DNA of 64,000 nucleotides from Thalia democratica (Eukaryota): NCBI GenBank assembly GCA_965202585.1, contig OZ241826.1, positions 15,500,001 to 15,564,000 of the forward strand, read 5' to 3'. Shown piece by piece: positions 13,249 to 26,013 of this stretch (position 1 is its first letter; each line of letters starts with the position of its first letter). The notes under the pieces were generated by a model. It saw only the letters and a program-made list of their open reading frames with translations, ran no database searches and was not told where the DNA came from. The position numbers and the translations under genes were made by a program.

Positions 13249-15303
13249 ATGAGTAAAAAGATATCAGAAAGCAATGAAAATACAACTTGTTGTATTGAAA
13301 ACGATGTAGGTATTAACACAGTTGAACACATTGATCAAAGTTCACCAACTAGTAATGAAGTTTCTACAAGTTTTAAAGATAATGGATTTCTTATTAGTTG
13401 CAAGGAAAACAGCATGAAGTCATTAGATGAAAAAAGTTTTCCTCAATTAACTTCTAAAGGTAAGTATTCTAAACATTAAGGGAATGTTTTATGAGTAGAT
13501 GTAAGTAGGATTTTGTCAAATATTTTACACGAAAACACTTTGTACAAAAACTTTTTTGCACAGCGTCACTTATGCACGAGGGGTCACGTTTGCATGGTTT
13601 ATTTTTTATAATTATTCTTAATATTAATTAGTTAACAATTTCTTCATTTTTACTTATTGTATACTTTACAATCACTGCTACCTCCTAAAACTTCCTCTTA
13701 GTCGGTAATTTACATTATTTTTAACTGTGTGTAAAAGTGACACCTCCATCGAAAGTGATTTCATGCATACTTGAACAATCCACATAATTTTTATCTTGGT
13801 AGGCAAATTGAAATTTTAGCAAAACATTAAATTTAAAAGCTTAAATTGAATGGATTAGAATGTTAAAATTTTTAAACTTTTATAGGTATTTTAGGCGAAG
13901 AAAAAAAGGAGTTTATTCAAATTCTTATTAAAAGAAAACCACACTACAGCGTAAACTTGGATAACAATGTAATTAGTTGTATAAAAAAGTATATAAATAA
14001 ACGTTCAATTACACTCTACTACACACTTGCTAGTATTTTTAAAATGACAAATCTTGCTGCAGTAAGTTTCAGTCTTATTGAACGTTGTTTTACAACTGTA
14101 ATGGATACTAAATACTTCTTAGAACTGGATTTCAAACTGTTAAGAAAAATACTTAATTCATCTGAACTGCATGTTACTTCAGAAATTGAAGTATTTAATG
14201 CAGCATATAACTGGATTTGTTACAAAACTGAAGAAAGAAGCAAGTTTGCAAAAACTCTTTTGTTGACAGTGAGACTTTCTTTGCTATCAAATCTTGCTTT
14301 AGACAATCTATTGAACCAAATAACTTCTCTTACTTGCAATATTTCAGATTGCAGAAAAGTGATAGAAAACGTTTTGTGTAACAAAGAAAAGGGTATAAAA
14401 AGCACTATCTGCAAATCTAGTAGATATTGTAATCAAAACTTATTTAACATTATATTTTGTGAACGGAAAAACAGTGTAAACTCTAAAAAGTTATTAAAAT
14501 TAATAAATGGAGAAAATCTTAAGATTGCAGGAACTTTCACTAGATTAAAACAATCTATTTTTGAAACAGTTTATTTGAAAGGCGAAATTTACGCCCTTCT
14601 TACAGATAATGCTTATTCAAAAAATATAATTATGATGAAAAAATATTTAGCAGAACCTATGGAGTGGGAACATCTACTTAAAGTTGATGATCGTCAAGAA
14701 TTTTGTGTGAGTGCTTTAGTTAACTCTATTTATATTATTGGAGGACACGACTTTTATCATAATGTCGTTTATAGTTCTTGCTTGCAGTACAATACAAAAA
14801 ATTTACAACATGAAGATATTTCTAAAATGAACACAGGTAAATATAAAGCAGCTTGCACTGTTTTTGAAGGTAAAATTGTTGTTTCTGGTGGATATGTTCC
14901 CGCAAATCCTGCAGGTTTCCTACATAGGTTTAGTTATACTAATACTGTTGAAGTGTATGACCATATAGCTGATACATGGTCATATATGCCGAATATGGTT
15001 GAGCGTACTTATGACCACAGTTTAGTAGCCATAAAGAACAAGCTGTACGTCATCTATGAGTCTTGTCAAGTTTATGATAGTTTGTCAAAAAAGTTTGTGC
15101 TGATTAAAAAACCGCCTTCAGCTTCTAGTTTGGATATAGGACAAAGGGCTGTTTCAATTGCAAACAAAATATTTGTCTTCAGGGAACATGAATCTAAAGT
15201 TATTTCTTACAATATTGACACAGAAGAATGGATCGAGGAAGAATGCGAAGTCACTAGCCGTATAAAAACTGGATGCTGTGTTAAAATACCTCAGAATATT
15301 TAA
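13249..15303 (+). CDS. BACK-Kelch protein lacking a BTB domain; join(13249..13459,13886..15303), ~542 aa
   Basis: Exon 1 ends AAAG|GTAAGT (phase 1). Acceptor TTTATAG|GT at 13886 joins in frame to the 448-aa ORF. BACK motif FLELDFKLLRKILNSSELHVTSEIEVFNAAYNW. Kelch blades IYIIGG and IVVSGG...VEVYDHIADTWSYMPNM. Confidence 0.85.
13507..13781. mobile_element. MITE family A, copy 4, inside the Kelch intron
   Basis: Ends AGGATTTTGTCAAATAT and ATGCATACTTGAACAATCC. TTTTGCAC units. Central motif in reverse orientation. Confidence 0.7.
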
Positions 15304-18300
15304 AACTTTCATTAGTTTCGTGTACAAGTTGTTTAGTCTTATTTAAAGTTTAAATTAAATGAAAGAAATAAATGTTTGTAAACGGTAAAAATAGCCTATT
15401 TAAATTAGTAGTTGATAAATTAATTGAAGAGAAATTTTCTTTGATTTCACTACTAAAACAATTTTATAAAGTTTTATTTTAAATCTCTTTATTAACAGAG
15501 GCACTAATAAATTAATAAGTTAATTGGTTAAAAATATAAAGTCTCTTAAATTTTTTGTTTAAACGTTGAATTTATATAATAAATAATGCACATTTGTATA
15601 TTTGATTATTATATTTAATTATACTTGACTATTATTTAGAGTATCTTTTTATGATGATTATTTAATGTTATATAGAAGTATAAAAACTTTGATGCTTTAT
15701 ACAAAACTATTCCTAATGTATAATTAAAAAAAACTGATCTTAGTTTAAAAATATTACTATAAAAACAGTTTTTTTTGTTATTTGTTTCCAAAAAGTTTCA
15801 TAATTTTGCTCAAAATGTAATAAACATTGCAATGAAAAAGATTTGTAGTAGAAACATTTTGATTATGTATTGATAAATAAAGTTTTTGCAAAAATAGACA
15901 AGTTAGCAGATTTAGCTTAAAAATTAAATAAAAAAGTTATAGATTGGGAAACTATCCACCATGTTGGCAAAGCCAAAGGCCCATAAAGCATTTGCAGTAC
16001 TTGCATATTAGAAAAGGTTGCGATCGTTAAAGCAGACAGAATAGACAACTTAAATAAACGGTATGAGCTCTTTTTATTCCTGCCCGCACTTTCTAAAACT
16101 CCACTTCAAAACTTAAATTGCCCGTAGTACAGGTTTTTACATGCTTTTGATAAATCCTTAAAACTAAAAGTTTTTTTTAAGTCACACAAGCAAAATTTCA
16201 AATTTTCATAAAACACTACAACCACAAAATTACTTAAGTTTTCAATTGTCAAGTCACAATAAAAATTAGCTTGGTCAAAATGCATCTTAACTTAAGCTCA
16301 CTTATTACTATTAACTACATTTTTACTTAAGTAATGTTTCCAACGTTATAATGACTTGAATCAGATCCACTGATATTTATCAAACCAAACCCAAATGTCT
16401 GTAATACAGCCAAGATGACTGCAAACTACAGTCAGTCGTGTTGAAGAAAGTCAGCATGTGAAAAAGTGTCACACTGAGTTAACAAAAAATTACCGAACTC
16501 GATAAAATTGTTCGAGTTTGCTTTAGAACAGTTGGCTAGTAAATTAGTTCTAATAATTATCAATTTGTTTTATTTTATTAAAAAAAACGTTGTACATCCG
16601 CAAAAGAACTATTTGATTAAAAAACGTGGGTTTAGAATAGGCTTTTTTTAATTTTAGGAAACCCTGCGCAATATTAGTACAAATGGTGACTAAATTAGTT
16701 CTAATAATTATCAAATAGTTTTATTTTATTAAAACAAATTAAACATGACCGCAAAAGAACTATTTAATTGTAAAACGTCCACCTACTGAAACATGTTAAT
16801 AAAATTAATGATCTATCTAAATAACGTTTATATGTTTAATATTGTTATTAAAAAAACAAGCTATTAATTTTCATAATGCAAATTGTTGGTTAGAAGTTCT
16901 ATACTTGCAAAAATAAAACTAAACTGTTTTGAATTAAAAGACGTGCGAAAATAGCAACTTTATTTTAAATAAATAATAATAAACATTAGCATTTTTCGTA
17001 AACCTAAGATTATGAGTGTATTACTGAAATTAATAAAATATTATTGTTGTCTAGTAACTTAAAGACTAATGTAAGACTTTTTATTATAAAGTAGCATTTT
17101 TCACTTGTTTAACAATGTAATTTTTTAGAAAACAAACTATTAACCCTTGTTTCTAACCCACCTTAGTTTCATATAAAAATTAGTTCAAAAAATTAAAATA
17201 AAAAATAATATCAAAAAAGTTTTATAAAAATTGCTGACTCAGCTTTTTCTAGTTAGTTAAGTTAGACTGACATTTAAGTATACTAGCTGTACTTATAGTT
17301 GAAATTAAGAAAGTGTGTGAGTAAAAAAAAAAATTTCCCACCTAAGAAATAAAAACGACATCAAAAAGGTTTCGGATTTTTTGAAAGTCACCTTTTTATA
17401 AAACTTTAAATTTGTTAAAGGTCACTTTGTTAAAAGATCTGATATTTGCAAAGAAGCCCAGTGGAGAAAAATAAATATTTATGCAATTTTTCCACAAAAA
17501 AGTGCGCATATATTTAGATTATGCGGTTGAAATTATAATCTATCAAATTTAGCATAAATTTAGATTATATCGTTGAAATTATAATATTATAGTTTTTTTA
17601 ATTAACACAAAAAACAAAACTGTTACTATTAATAGTACATTATCTATTCAAACGTCTTTAAAAGCAAAAAATAAAAACAGTTACTATTTACTTTATGGGA
17701 ATGTAATTAAATGCAGTTCAAAAAGTAGAACTTAAAGTAAAATAGATATATGCGTAGTTATTTTTGTGTTAAACTTAAACATAGGTTATACATTGTAAAA
17801 AATCGCAATTGATTTCCCATAAAGAAGTTTTACATTTTATTTTTTGTCTTGATTATATCACTAAAGGCATTAAGTATTTAGAAGGTATTTTCTTACTAAC
17901 TGACTAACTTATCAATCAAGCAATAAACAGATTTTAAATAAAATATAAGCTTTTTTAAAGCTTTGCAATGTACTATAACTAAACTGTTATCTTAACAATC
18001 AACTATATAGCATTTAAACTAGTTACTGAATACTTTTATAAAAAATAATTCTTAAAAACCATGTTTTGAGTATTCGCAGTGGTGAAGTATTTAGTTTGAT
18101 ATATGTATTTTATTATTCATTACTTTTTTTATGAAATAAGTTTTAGATAGTACTTTAAATATCTTAAGCACTTCAGTTTTAATTTAAGTATTAATATAAA
18201 GTATTATAATAACAAAGTAAAACGTATTAGCACATGTACAAAATAAGTAGCTAAAAATTATGCTTATCAAAAAGTTTAAGCGAAAAGAGCTAAGAATTGT

Positions 18301-19547
18301 TCGAAAAATTATATCTTTATAAAAAGTGTACAACTTAATGGTAACTTGCGATTTTAGTTTAACTTGTATAATAGTTAAGAACATTTTTATATTTTTTTAC
18401 TTTATTAGAATAACTATGTCTTTTTACGTTTAAAATAACTAGGATATCTAGGTACAATAGCTAAACCAATTAACTTTTACTAAGTTGTTTTTATTGTTTG
18501 AATTAATTTTTTGAACATTTAGAAAAAGTTATTAAAAACCAAAACTAATTTAACTCAATAGTTCTTGAATGATAATAAAGTATTTAAAAAAAACTTCAAA
18601 ACAGTTAAAATTTCTTCTATAACTAATTAGTTGTGCAATGAAAAGATTACAAGTAATAAAAAGTAAAATAAAATTTATTGTAAAGCTTTTAAAATAAATT
18701 AGATTATGACCTACAGTAACTAAATTATTTCTACAGTAAAAAAAAGTTGTCTGTAATTATTCAAAGCTCATACGTGCTTTGAAATCGTTTAATAAAAAAT
18801 AGTAAACAATATTATATATTTTAGCCGTTAAAAAAGATAAAATAAACATTATTCTTGCTAACTCTTTTTAAATTATTTACTTAATAATAAATGATAGTTT
18901 TGTTTTGTTAACCACTTAACTACTTCAAAGACTATAGCAAAGCTAACTGCTCTTAATTAGAAATAGAAATTTGAAGTCATTTTTAAAATCTTTTTTTTTT
19001 TTTTTGTAAATCTAGCCAAAAATCAAGTTTCTATTTACTCATTATAGTTACAGATTTTTTCAAACTAAACAAAAAACTTTAAAATAAAATTATCAAATTA
19101 AAAGTAAAATATTTGTAAAAACTTTTTGTTTTACAAATATTCTATTAAGATTAGGTATAAACAGTTTTAGGTAACTTACTTTTTGAAATAAGCTTTTTTG
19201 TTTGGCATCACTTACTAAAGATTATGAAACTTTTTAACTTTCCTATAAACTATTTTTGTAATAATAATAGACGTTGTAACTTATATTTTAATTATAATTT
19301 TAATAAAAAGCTAGTACATTATTTTTAATTTTTTGAAATACAATCAAAGTTTTTTTCAGGAAAATTTAATTAAATGTTTTAAAGTGTAAAAACTATCAGT
19401 TTATGTGTTACTTTGTGTGTTTTAATTATAATTGTTAGTATAAATATTTTTATGTGACTACAAGCATAATAAGTATCTAATGTTTAACTTTACTATAATA
19501 TACTATTTTCCACACTGAACCTTATTAAATTTAAGCAGTGCAAAATT

Positions 19548-20282
19548 ATGTCAACTATTAAAGCGACAAACAATGAATTTATTAAAAATGACTCAACAAG
19601 CGAAAACTCAGCTTACTCCATAGAAGAATTGTCACCAAAACAAAAAGATTACAAGCTGATAAAGAAATGTTTCAAAGACACAATGTTGAAGCACTACCGA
19701 AGCAAACAAACTACTCTGGAAGTCGTAGAAATGAAAATATACAGAGTTAACAAACGTCATAGTGATAAAATAATTGAAGATAAAAGTAACAATCTCCTTT
19801 TATTCCACGGTACATGTTGCAATAACGCTGTTGGTATAACAAACGAAGGATTCAAACCTTCTACAGAGGGTATATACGGACCTGGTGTGTATTTAACAGA
19901 AAGTTCTTACAGAGCAGTTGATTCTTCTCAAATAAAAAGCAAAGAGGAAATAGATCAACGTTTTGATGAGTTAGATAGAGATGTAAGCTTCGTTTTCGTT
20001 AACGAGATACTTGATACAGATAAACTGAAAATAATTAAAGCTAAGGACAAAACAAAAGTTACCTTCACTAAGACTCCACGTAAAAATCAGTTTGAAAAAT
20101 ACATAAAGTCAGGAACTGGTGAAAAATTTAAGCATACTTACAAGAAAGATAGTAAAGGAAGAATGATAAGATGTTCTAAAGCGAATATATTAGAAGAGTA
20201 CAATTATTACGTATGTCATGAAAATTTGGTAATTCCAAGATATTTGATACAATGTAGTACTGATTTTGTCGCCCATGTATAA
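19548..20282 (+). CDS. Stand-alone PARP-family (ARTD-type) ADP-ribosyltransferase domain protein, intronless, 244 aa
   Basis: Motifs LLLFHGT, GFKPSTEGIYGPGVYLT and EEYNYYVCHENLVIPRYLI, in the order of the PARP catalytic fold. Confidence 0.85.
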   Translation: MSTIKATNNEFIKNDSTSENSAYSIEELSPKQKDYKLIKKCFKDTMLKHYRSKQTTLEVVEMKIYRVNKRHSDKIIEDKSNNLLLFHGTCCNNAVGITNEGFKPSTEGIYGPGVYLTESSYRAVDSSQIKSKEEIDQRFDELDRDVSFVFVNEILDTDKLKIIKAKDKTKVTFTKTPRKNQFEKYIKSGTGEKFKHTYKKDSKGRMIRCSKANILEEYNYYVCHENLVIPRYLIQCSTDFVAHV

Positions 20283-21047
20283 TATTATTGAATAAAACTA
20301 TGTTTTTATAGCTAACTATAGTTCTAAAAAACTAGTTAATACTAAATGTTGTTAAGTTTTTGATAAGTACTGTAAAAGTGTTTAATTTTCTACTTGTCGT
20401 AAATTGATTTCAAATTTAAATATGTTGAAATAAAAGTATTTGAAATCATTATTTTTTTTGTAGAATATGTTTTTAAAATATGTGTGTGTGACAATTTCAG
20501 TCGATTGTTATATAAAAAAAGGTAAATTTTTAATTACCACTGTAAGTTCATTTGGTTTTTTTTCGATAAAACTGATTTTTTGATTTAAGTCAAATAATCG
20601 ACGACACATTACTATTGTTGAAATTATTTTCTTGTAACTTATATTGGTTATAGTTAATGTTTATTACTATATAATTATGTCGTTATGTACAATTAAATGT
20701 TGTGTGGTTCTTATAGCATGTTTTACAACTGCCAAAATACTCATACTGATTGTGTATACATTAAAAATAACAAAAAAAAATTAAGTCTGTGTGTTTTTAT
20801 ATATTAAACTATAAACAATTTATTCGAATTTATTTATTATAAAGTTGTTCCGCTTTTAATACTTAAGTTTTGTTTTTTTAAACTGAAAAAAAAAATCATT
20901 ACCTTAATATTTTAACAGTTTCGTTACAAAAAAAATATATAAGTTATTAACTAGTTAGTAATTACGAATAAGAATAGTTTAATTTAGATGGATGTTTTCA
21001 TTATGAATATAAGTAATTTAATTTATACGGATTGCTGCAGAACTTAG

Positions 21048-21300
21048 ACCAGGGTCGGCAAACTGCAGCCCGCGATCCAAAAACTACAATTTAGCGAAAA
21101 AATACTTTTAAAAAGTAACATTTTTTTTGTAGTAAAAACTTGCTACTAGGTTCTTAACAACTAATACTGGTGTTCTATTATGGCTATTTTTAGTTTAAAA
21201 AAGTGTTTTTATAAAATATTACTAAAATTATTTCGAAACAGCTGCCACTTGTGAAGACTTTTTTAATAAATTAGGCCCGCAAACATTTTATTTTTGAAAT
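21048..21300. mobile_element. Decayed hAT-like MITE fragment
   Basis: Starts CCAGGGTCGGCAAACTGCAGCCCGCG (Charlie-like end). GGCCCGC near 21275. No intact right TIR. Confidence 0.45.
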
Positions 21301-22256
21301 AAATTGGCAACAGATTTGTGTAAAACTTCCGACTTCGCCAGGCTGATTTTAGAAAAAGGTTTGAGAAATAGTATGAACTTAGTTAGTCGACCAGGCAAAG
21401 TTTAAATTAATCATGCAATCTAATGCCAAAAATCTTACATTAGTTTTAAGTATGAACTTAATTAATTTCTGTTTAATTTGAAAAATGTAGTGAGTTTTAT
21501 AAAACTTTAACTTTTTCTTTATGCATACTTATTTTTAGTAGCTTATAGTTAAGTTAACATTTATGTTTTATAAACAAAAACTATTGTATAACTTCTTTGT
21601 GAAGTAAATAATTCCTTAAACCGTTTTTTTTTTTCAAGTAGTTCTTATTGCAATTTGTACACAGTACTCATATAAATATGTGTTATAAATAACTTATCAT
21701 TAGTATTAAAAATGTCATAAATAACTTATCACCCTTTATTTAAAAAAACAACGCTAAAAAAAAGAAAAATTAAAATTGAAAATATTGTTTTAATGACAAA
21801 CAAAATGAAATATAAAAATATATATATCAAAACATAAAAATACAAAATACTACATATGCATGCATAAATAAGTGACTGGAGAGATATTTTAAATTAAAAT
21901 CAATAGTTGTTTAAAGATATTTGTTAATTAAACCTTATATTTTTTATTATTTGTTTCTTCGAAAAAGGATGAAAACAATTAATCATTTATAAAATTAGGC
22001 TTAATAAAACAGTATTTAAAAACACAAAAGTAAAAATTAAAAAATAATTTTTAGCTCAATCTATTATATTAAGCAGATAAAGTTTACGAAAATTACAGCA
22101 ACTTATTGTTTTAAACATTATTAAGAATTTAATTCTATGAAAACTTATAGTAAACCAAAATTTTAAAACTATATTTACAATTAAAGCGAAGTTAAAACAC
22201 TTCAAACTTAAAATACTATAAAAACTTCATTGTAATTTTTTAATCATTTTAGTAGT

Positions 22257-24671
22257 TTATACATTTCGTAGGAACTCGTAATAGTCATCCATAAATTTAT
22301 CCATTGTCGCCGTTTCTTCATTATAATCGCCCATCGTGAAATATTCATCGGTATAATTCTTCTTCTTGAAGTATTCATCACTATAGTTCTCCATATCGAC
22401 AATTTTATTAGTGTGTTCATCAAATGTACTTTTAAGCTCAGGAAACAGTAGATTGTGAATTGTGTCGTCCACACATTTTTCGATTTTGTTGATGCCTTTG
22501 TTCACTTTTTTGTACATCCTCTGGAACTTTCTGAACCAGTTGGCTAGTTTCCTGTCGCAGTCACATTTAATAAAACTGTCTGTATCTTTTTCATCGTCTG
22601 TTAATTTAATTAAAATAAATAAAAAACATAAATACTGGTTGTCATAGAGTAGGTTTAAATATAAGCTGTTTAATAAAACAAAATAGCTATGACAGTTAGA
22701 TTTAAAAATAAGCATATTAATTACATTTTAAAATGTTTTTTTACAAATAAACTTTTCAATAAACTAACAGCAAGTAATCGTTCCAGTTTTTGCATGACAA
22801 TCACTGTTATACTTCACAGATTGATATTCTCTTGTTTTTATGTCATTGTAGCAGAGGTCGTGGTAATAACATCCCCTGAAAAACATCTTTTGCATGAATG
22901 TAAAGTAAAGTTTAAAGAAGGCTAGTTAACTTTTATGTGGATTGGTAAACTACAAAACAATATTATAAAAAATGTTATCAAAAAATATGAAAACTAAAAA
23001 CAGTATCAGTTTAGAACAGTATTCTAAAAAAAATTATTATTAATTTAAAAAAATTCTATTTGAATTTACCTAAAATATAAATAAAACAAATTTTAAAAGT
23101 GTTCTTATATTTTGCTTTCAGTTTTAAGGAGAACTTAGAAAATAAAAATGATTTTTTATAATATATCTATTATAATTAAGCTTCCGTAGAACTTTAGCAT
23201 TGCAAAAGTAATAATCAATAAAATTGTAAAGTAAAAAAAAGTTTTTAACACTTATATATCTAACAAGACACCTAATACAGTGACATAATATTCAAATCAA
23301 AATGATCCTTAGATCTACTTATAAATAGATACAAAAACTTATAAAACCTTTTAAAGAATTTAAACTATTATTTTATTTTAACATAAATTTACAAGTCTAA
23401 TGGATAAACATACAATCTTGAATACGGTTTTAAAAACATATCAATCTAGTTTATCTTTTTAAACAAATTAATAAATTTCTCATATTCAATAGATAAATAG
23501 TGTTCCTAAAAAATTTTAGAACATAAATAAGAGTTAAAGAAGATTTAGATCAAACGTTAAATCAATTTATTTAATAAAGTTAAAATAAATTATATCCAAT
23601 GAATAACTTTAAGAAAACTTTTTTGAAAAAAGAAACTAACTAATTCATTTATTTAAACAAACTAACAAATCTATCATGTCCATTGGGTAAGATTTTACAT
23701 TCTCAGTACCACAATAGCAACCATAATTGTTGTAGGACAAAGCGTTCCAATAATTGTGTTTCCACTTTTTAGTTGCACAGTTGATGTGTTGACCCAGATC
23801 AAAAACAGTCCTTTTCTTGCGACTTTTTACCTCCTGTTTAACAAATAAATACATTCAAATTAAAGCAAAAGCTTTTGTACAATGAATTTATAGACATATA
23901 TTAGCTTATATTAGATTTATTAATAGAATTTAGTTATAGACTTTTTAAACGAGATTTTTTTTATTAACTTTTTACAAACAATTCTACCTTTAGATTAGTT
24001 TTGTCTTTCCTTCTAATAACTGTTTACAAAAAGCTTTATATAAAAAGTGTGAGTATAAAAAATTATTGATTTACTGTATTTTAAATTTCGGAAGTAACAA
24101 ATATTTCAAAGGTCTTCAAGTTACACACAATTAGTTTTAAAGATCACATTTGCAGTTGTAAAAAGTAAATTGTACTAATTGAAATAGCAACTTAAATTTT
24201 TTAAATAAAGTTTATTGTATCCATCTTATGCATACTTAAAAAAAACTTTTAAAATGACTTAAAATAAATTAACATTTTAATTGATTTATGTGCATACTTT
24301 TAAAAATATAGCTTAAACTTATAGCAATCATTTAATTAAGTTTTTTCATGGTTTGTATGTACTGTACATAGTTTAATATTGATACAGTTTTAAAACAGAC
24401 ATTGGCTTTAGATACTCAGGTTTTCACAAAAACTTTATTTGTTAGAAAAAAGTTTCAAGTGATAAAAATAAACTTATTTAATCTACATTTTTGGTTCATT
24501 ACAATTTTTATATAAGTGAAATGCTTTTGTATATATATAAAAATAATGTCTAAAATAAAAAAAAAAAGTTTTATTAGAATAAAACAGAGTACAACTAACT
24601 TTTGTTGACGAAGACAGTTTGCTCATTGTTATAAAAACTATCCACATTAAAAAACTAGATTGCTTCTTCAT
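22257..24671 (-). CDS. Secreted phospholipase A2-like protein; join complement(24600..24671,23667..23833,22769..22875,22257..22597), 228 aa
   Basis: Four exons with compatible phases (0,2,1), all GTTAGT donors. Signal-peptide-like exon 1, RKKR propeptide site, YNNYGCYCG loop, GCYYHDLCY active site, CDCDRKLA (Asp99). Confidence 0.88.
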
Positions 24672-25739
24672 TGTGAATTTTGTTTTTTAATGTGTACAAG
24701 GTCCTTGAGTTCATTGACTCTTTTATGAATAGAACTTTAAGTTTTACTATTTCATTAGTGATGTCATAATTGGAAAACATCACGCCACTTTTTAATTTCA
24801 TTTGATTTTAGTTCTAGTTGAAAATTTGTAACACCAACTGCTAATAATTTATATAAGCAAGTTTTTTCATTAACCCAGTTTAAAGTAGAGGCTTTATATA
24901 TTTTTATATGTCTAATTTTTAGACTTAAGTTTTCTAAGTTCCGAAAGTAAACCTTATTTAATAAAACACTAAAAATACTTTATATAAAATATACTTTTAA
25001 TAAAATATTTCTTTTTGGATACTTATACAGCCAAAATAATTTTGTTCATAAATTATAGTCCAATAAAAATTCTAAACTATTCAACTAAAGCTCAACATAC
25101 TAAAATGTTTTGATTTGCAGTGAAAATATATTTTCCATAACTTATAAAAGATATATCACAAAGTTTTTAAAAATATGTGTAAAAGTTTAGATAAAGTACA
25201 TAGATTGTAAAAAATAACTTAGGTCTTTAGTTTTGATCAACCTTACCTTGCCCGTAAAAATCATCTTTATACAAGTTAACCAACAGTAGTTAAAAGATAT
25301 TTAAAAGCAACCTTATAAAAAATAAAAATAAGTTTGTGTATACTAGAAGTTAATCTATTAAGCCTTGTGGTTTTAATATTCAAAATTAAACTGAAGATCA
25401 GACTGCTAAAAGAAAATTTTTGTTCTTAATAAATTTACAAGTACGCATTTATACCAACAAATCTGAGTATGCCAAATTTTACTTTTTATAAATTAATTAT
25501 ATAGTACTCGAATACTTTGAAAAAGTACAAAAGCTAACTGTTTAGACAAATGAAAGACAAAATTTACACCACTATTCACTGATAGAACTAAAACTTTTTT
25601 ATGCGCTTTAAAAAAACATTTACTTAACTTAAGGTTTACAATTTTCGTAAAAAGAACACTTATAAACTCTGTAAAAAACTTAATCTGTTATAGACAGTTT
25701 AAATAAACTGAACTAAAAATAAATGCATTATAAGAACAT

Positions 25740-25990
25740 ATAAAACATAAATGAACTTTCAGTTTATATAACATGTTGCCATGCTGTGCTGTAACCAAGC
25801 TACTACTTACAAATTTTACAACAAGAAACATTTTTGGCGGAAATAATTTAATTTTTAATTAAAACTCTTACAGTGTTAGTAAGACACTTTAGTAGTAACT
25901 ACCATCGTTTTGAGATGGTCTCATAAATATTATTCCCAATTTTGTGTTCTCTGTCTTCGCCTTTTGTCGTTGTCACAGAAATTGAAATAA
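25740..25990. promoter_or_regulatory. Probable promoter region between the divergent PLA2-like and RING genes
   Basis: Head-to-head ATGs at 24671 (-) and 26014 (+). GTTGCCATG (RFX half X-box) at 25775-25783 and TTTGGCGG (E2F-like). Confidence 0.35.
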
Positions 25991-26013
25991 ATTTATATCT
26001 TTAATAAATAAAT

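Noticed and set aside
16540-16790. Direct ~90-bp duplication in intergenic DNA
   Set aside because: An ordinary local duplication. It is noted as evidence that background duplication is common, a caveat for the echo finding.
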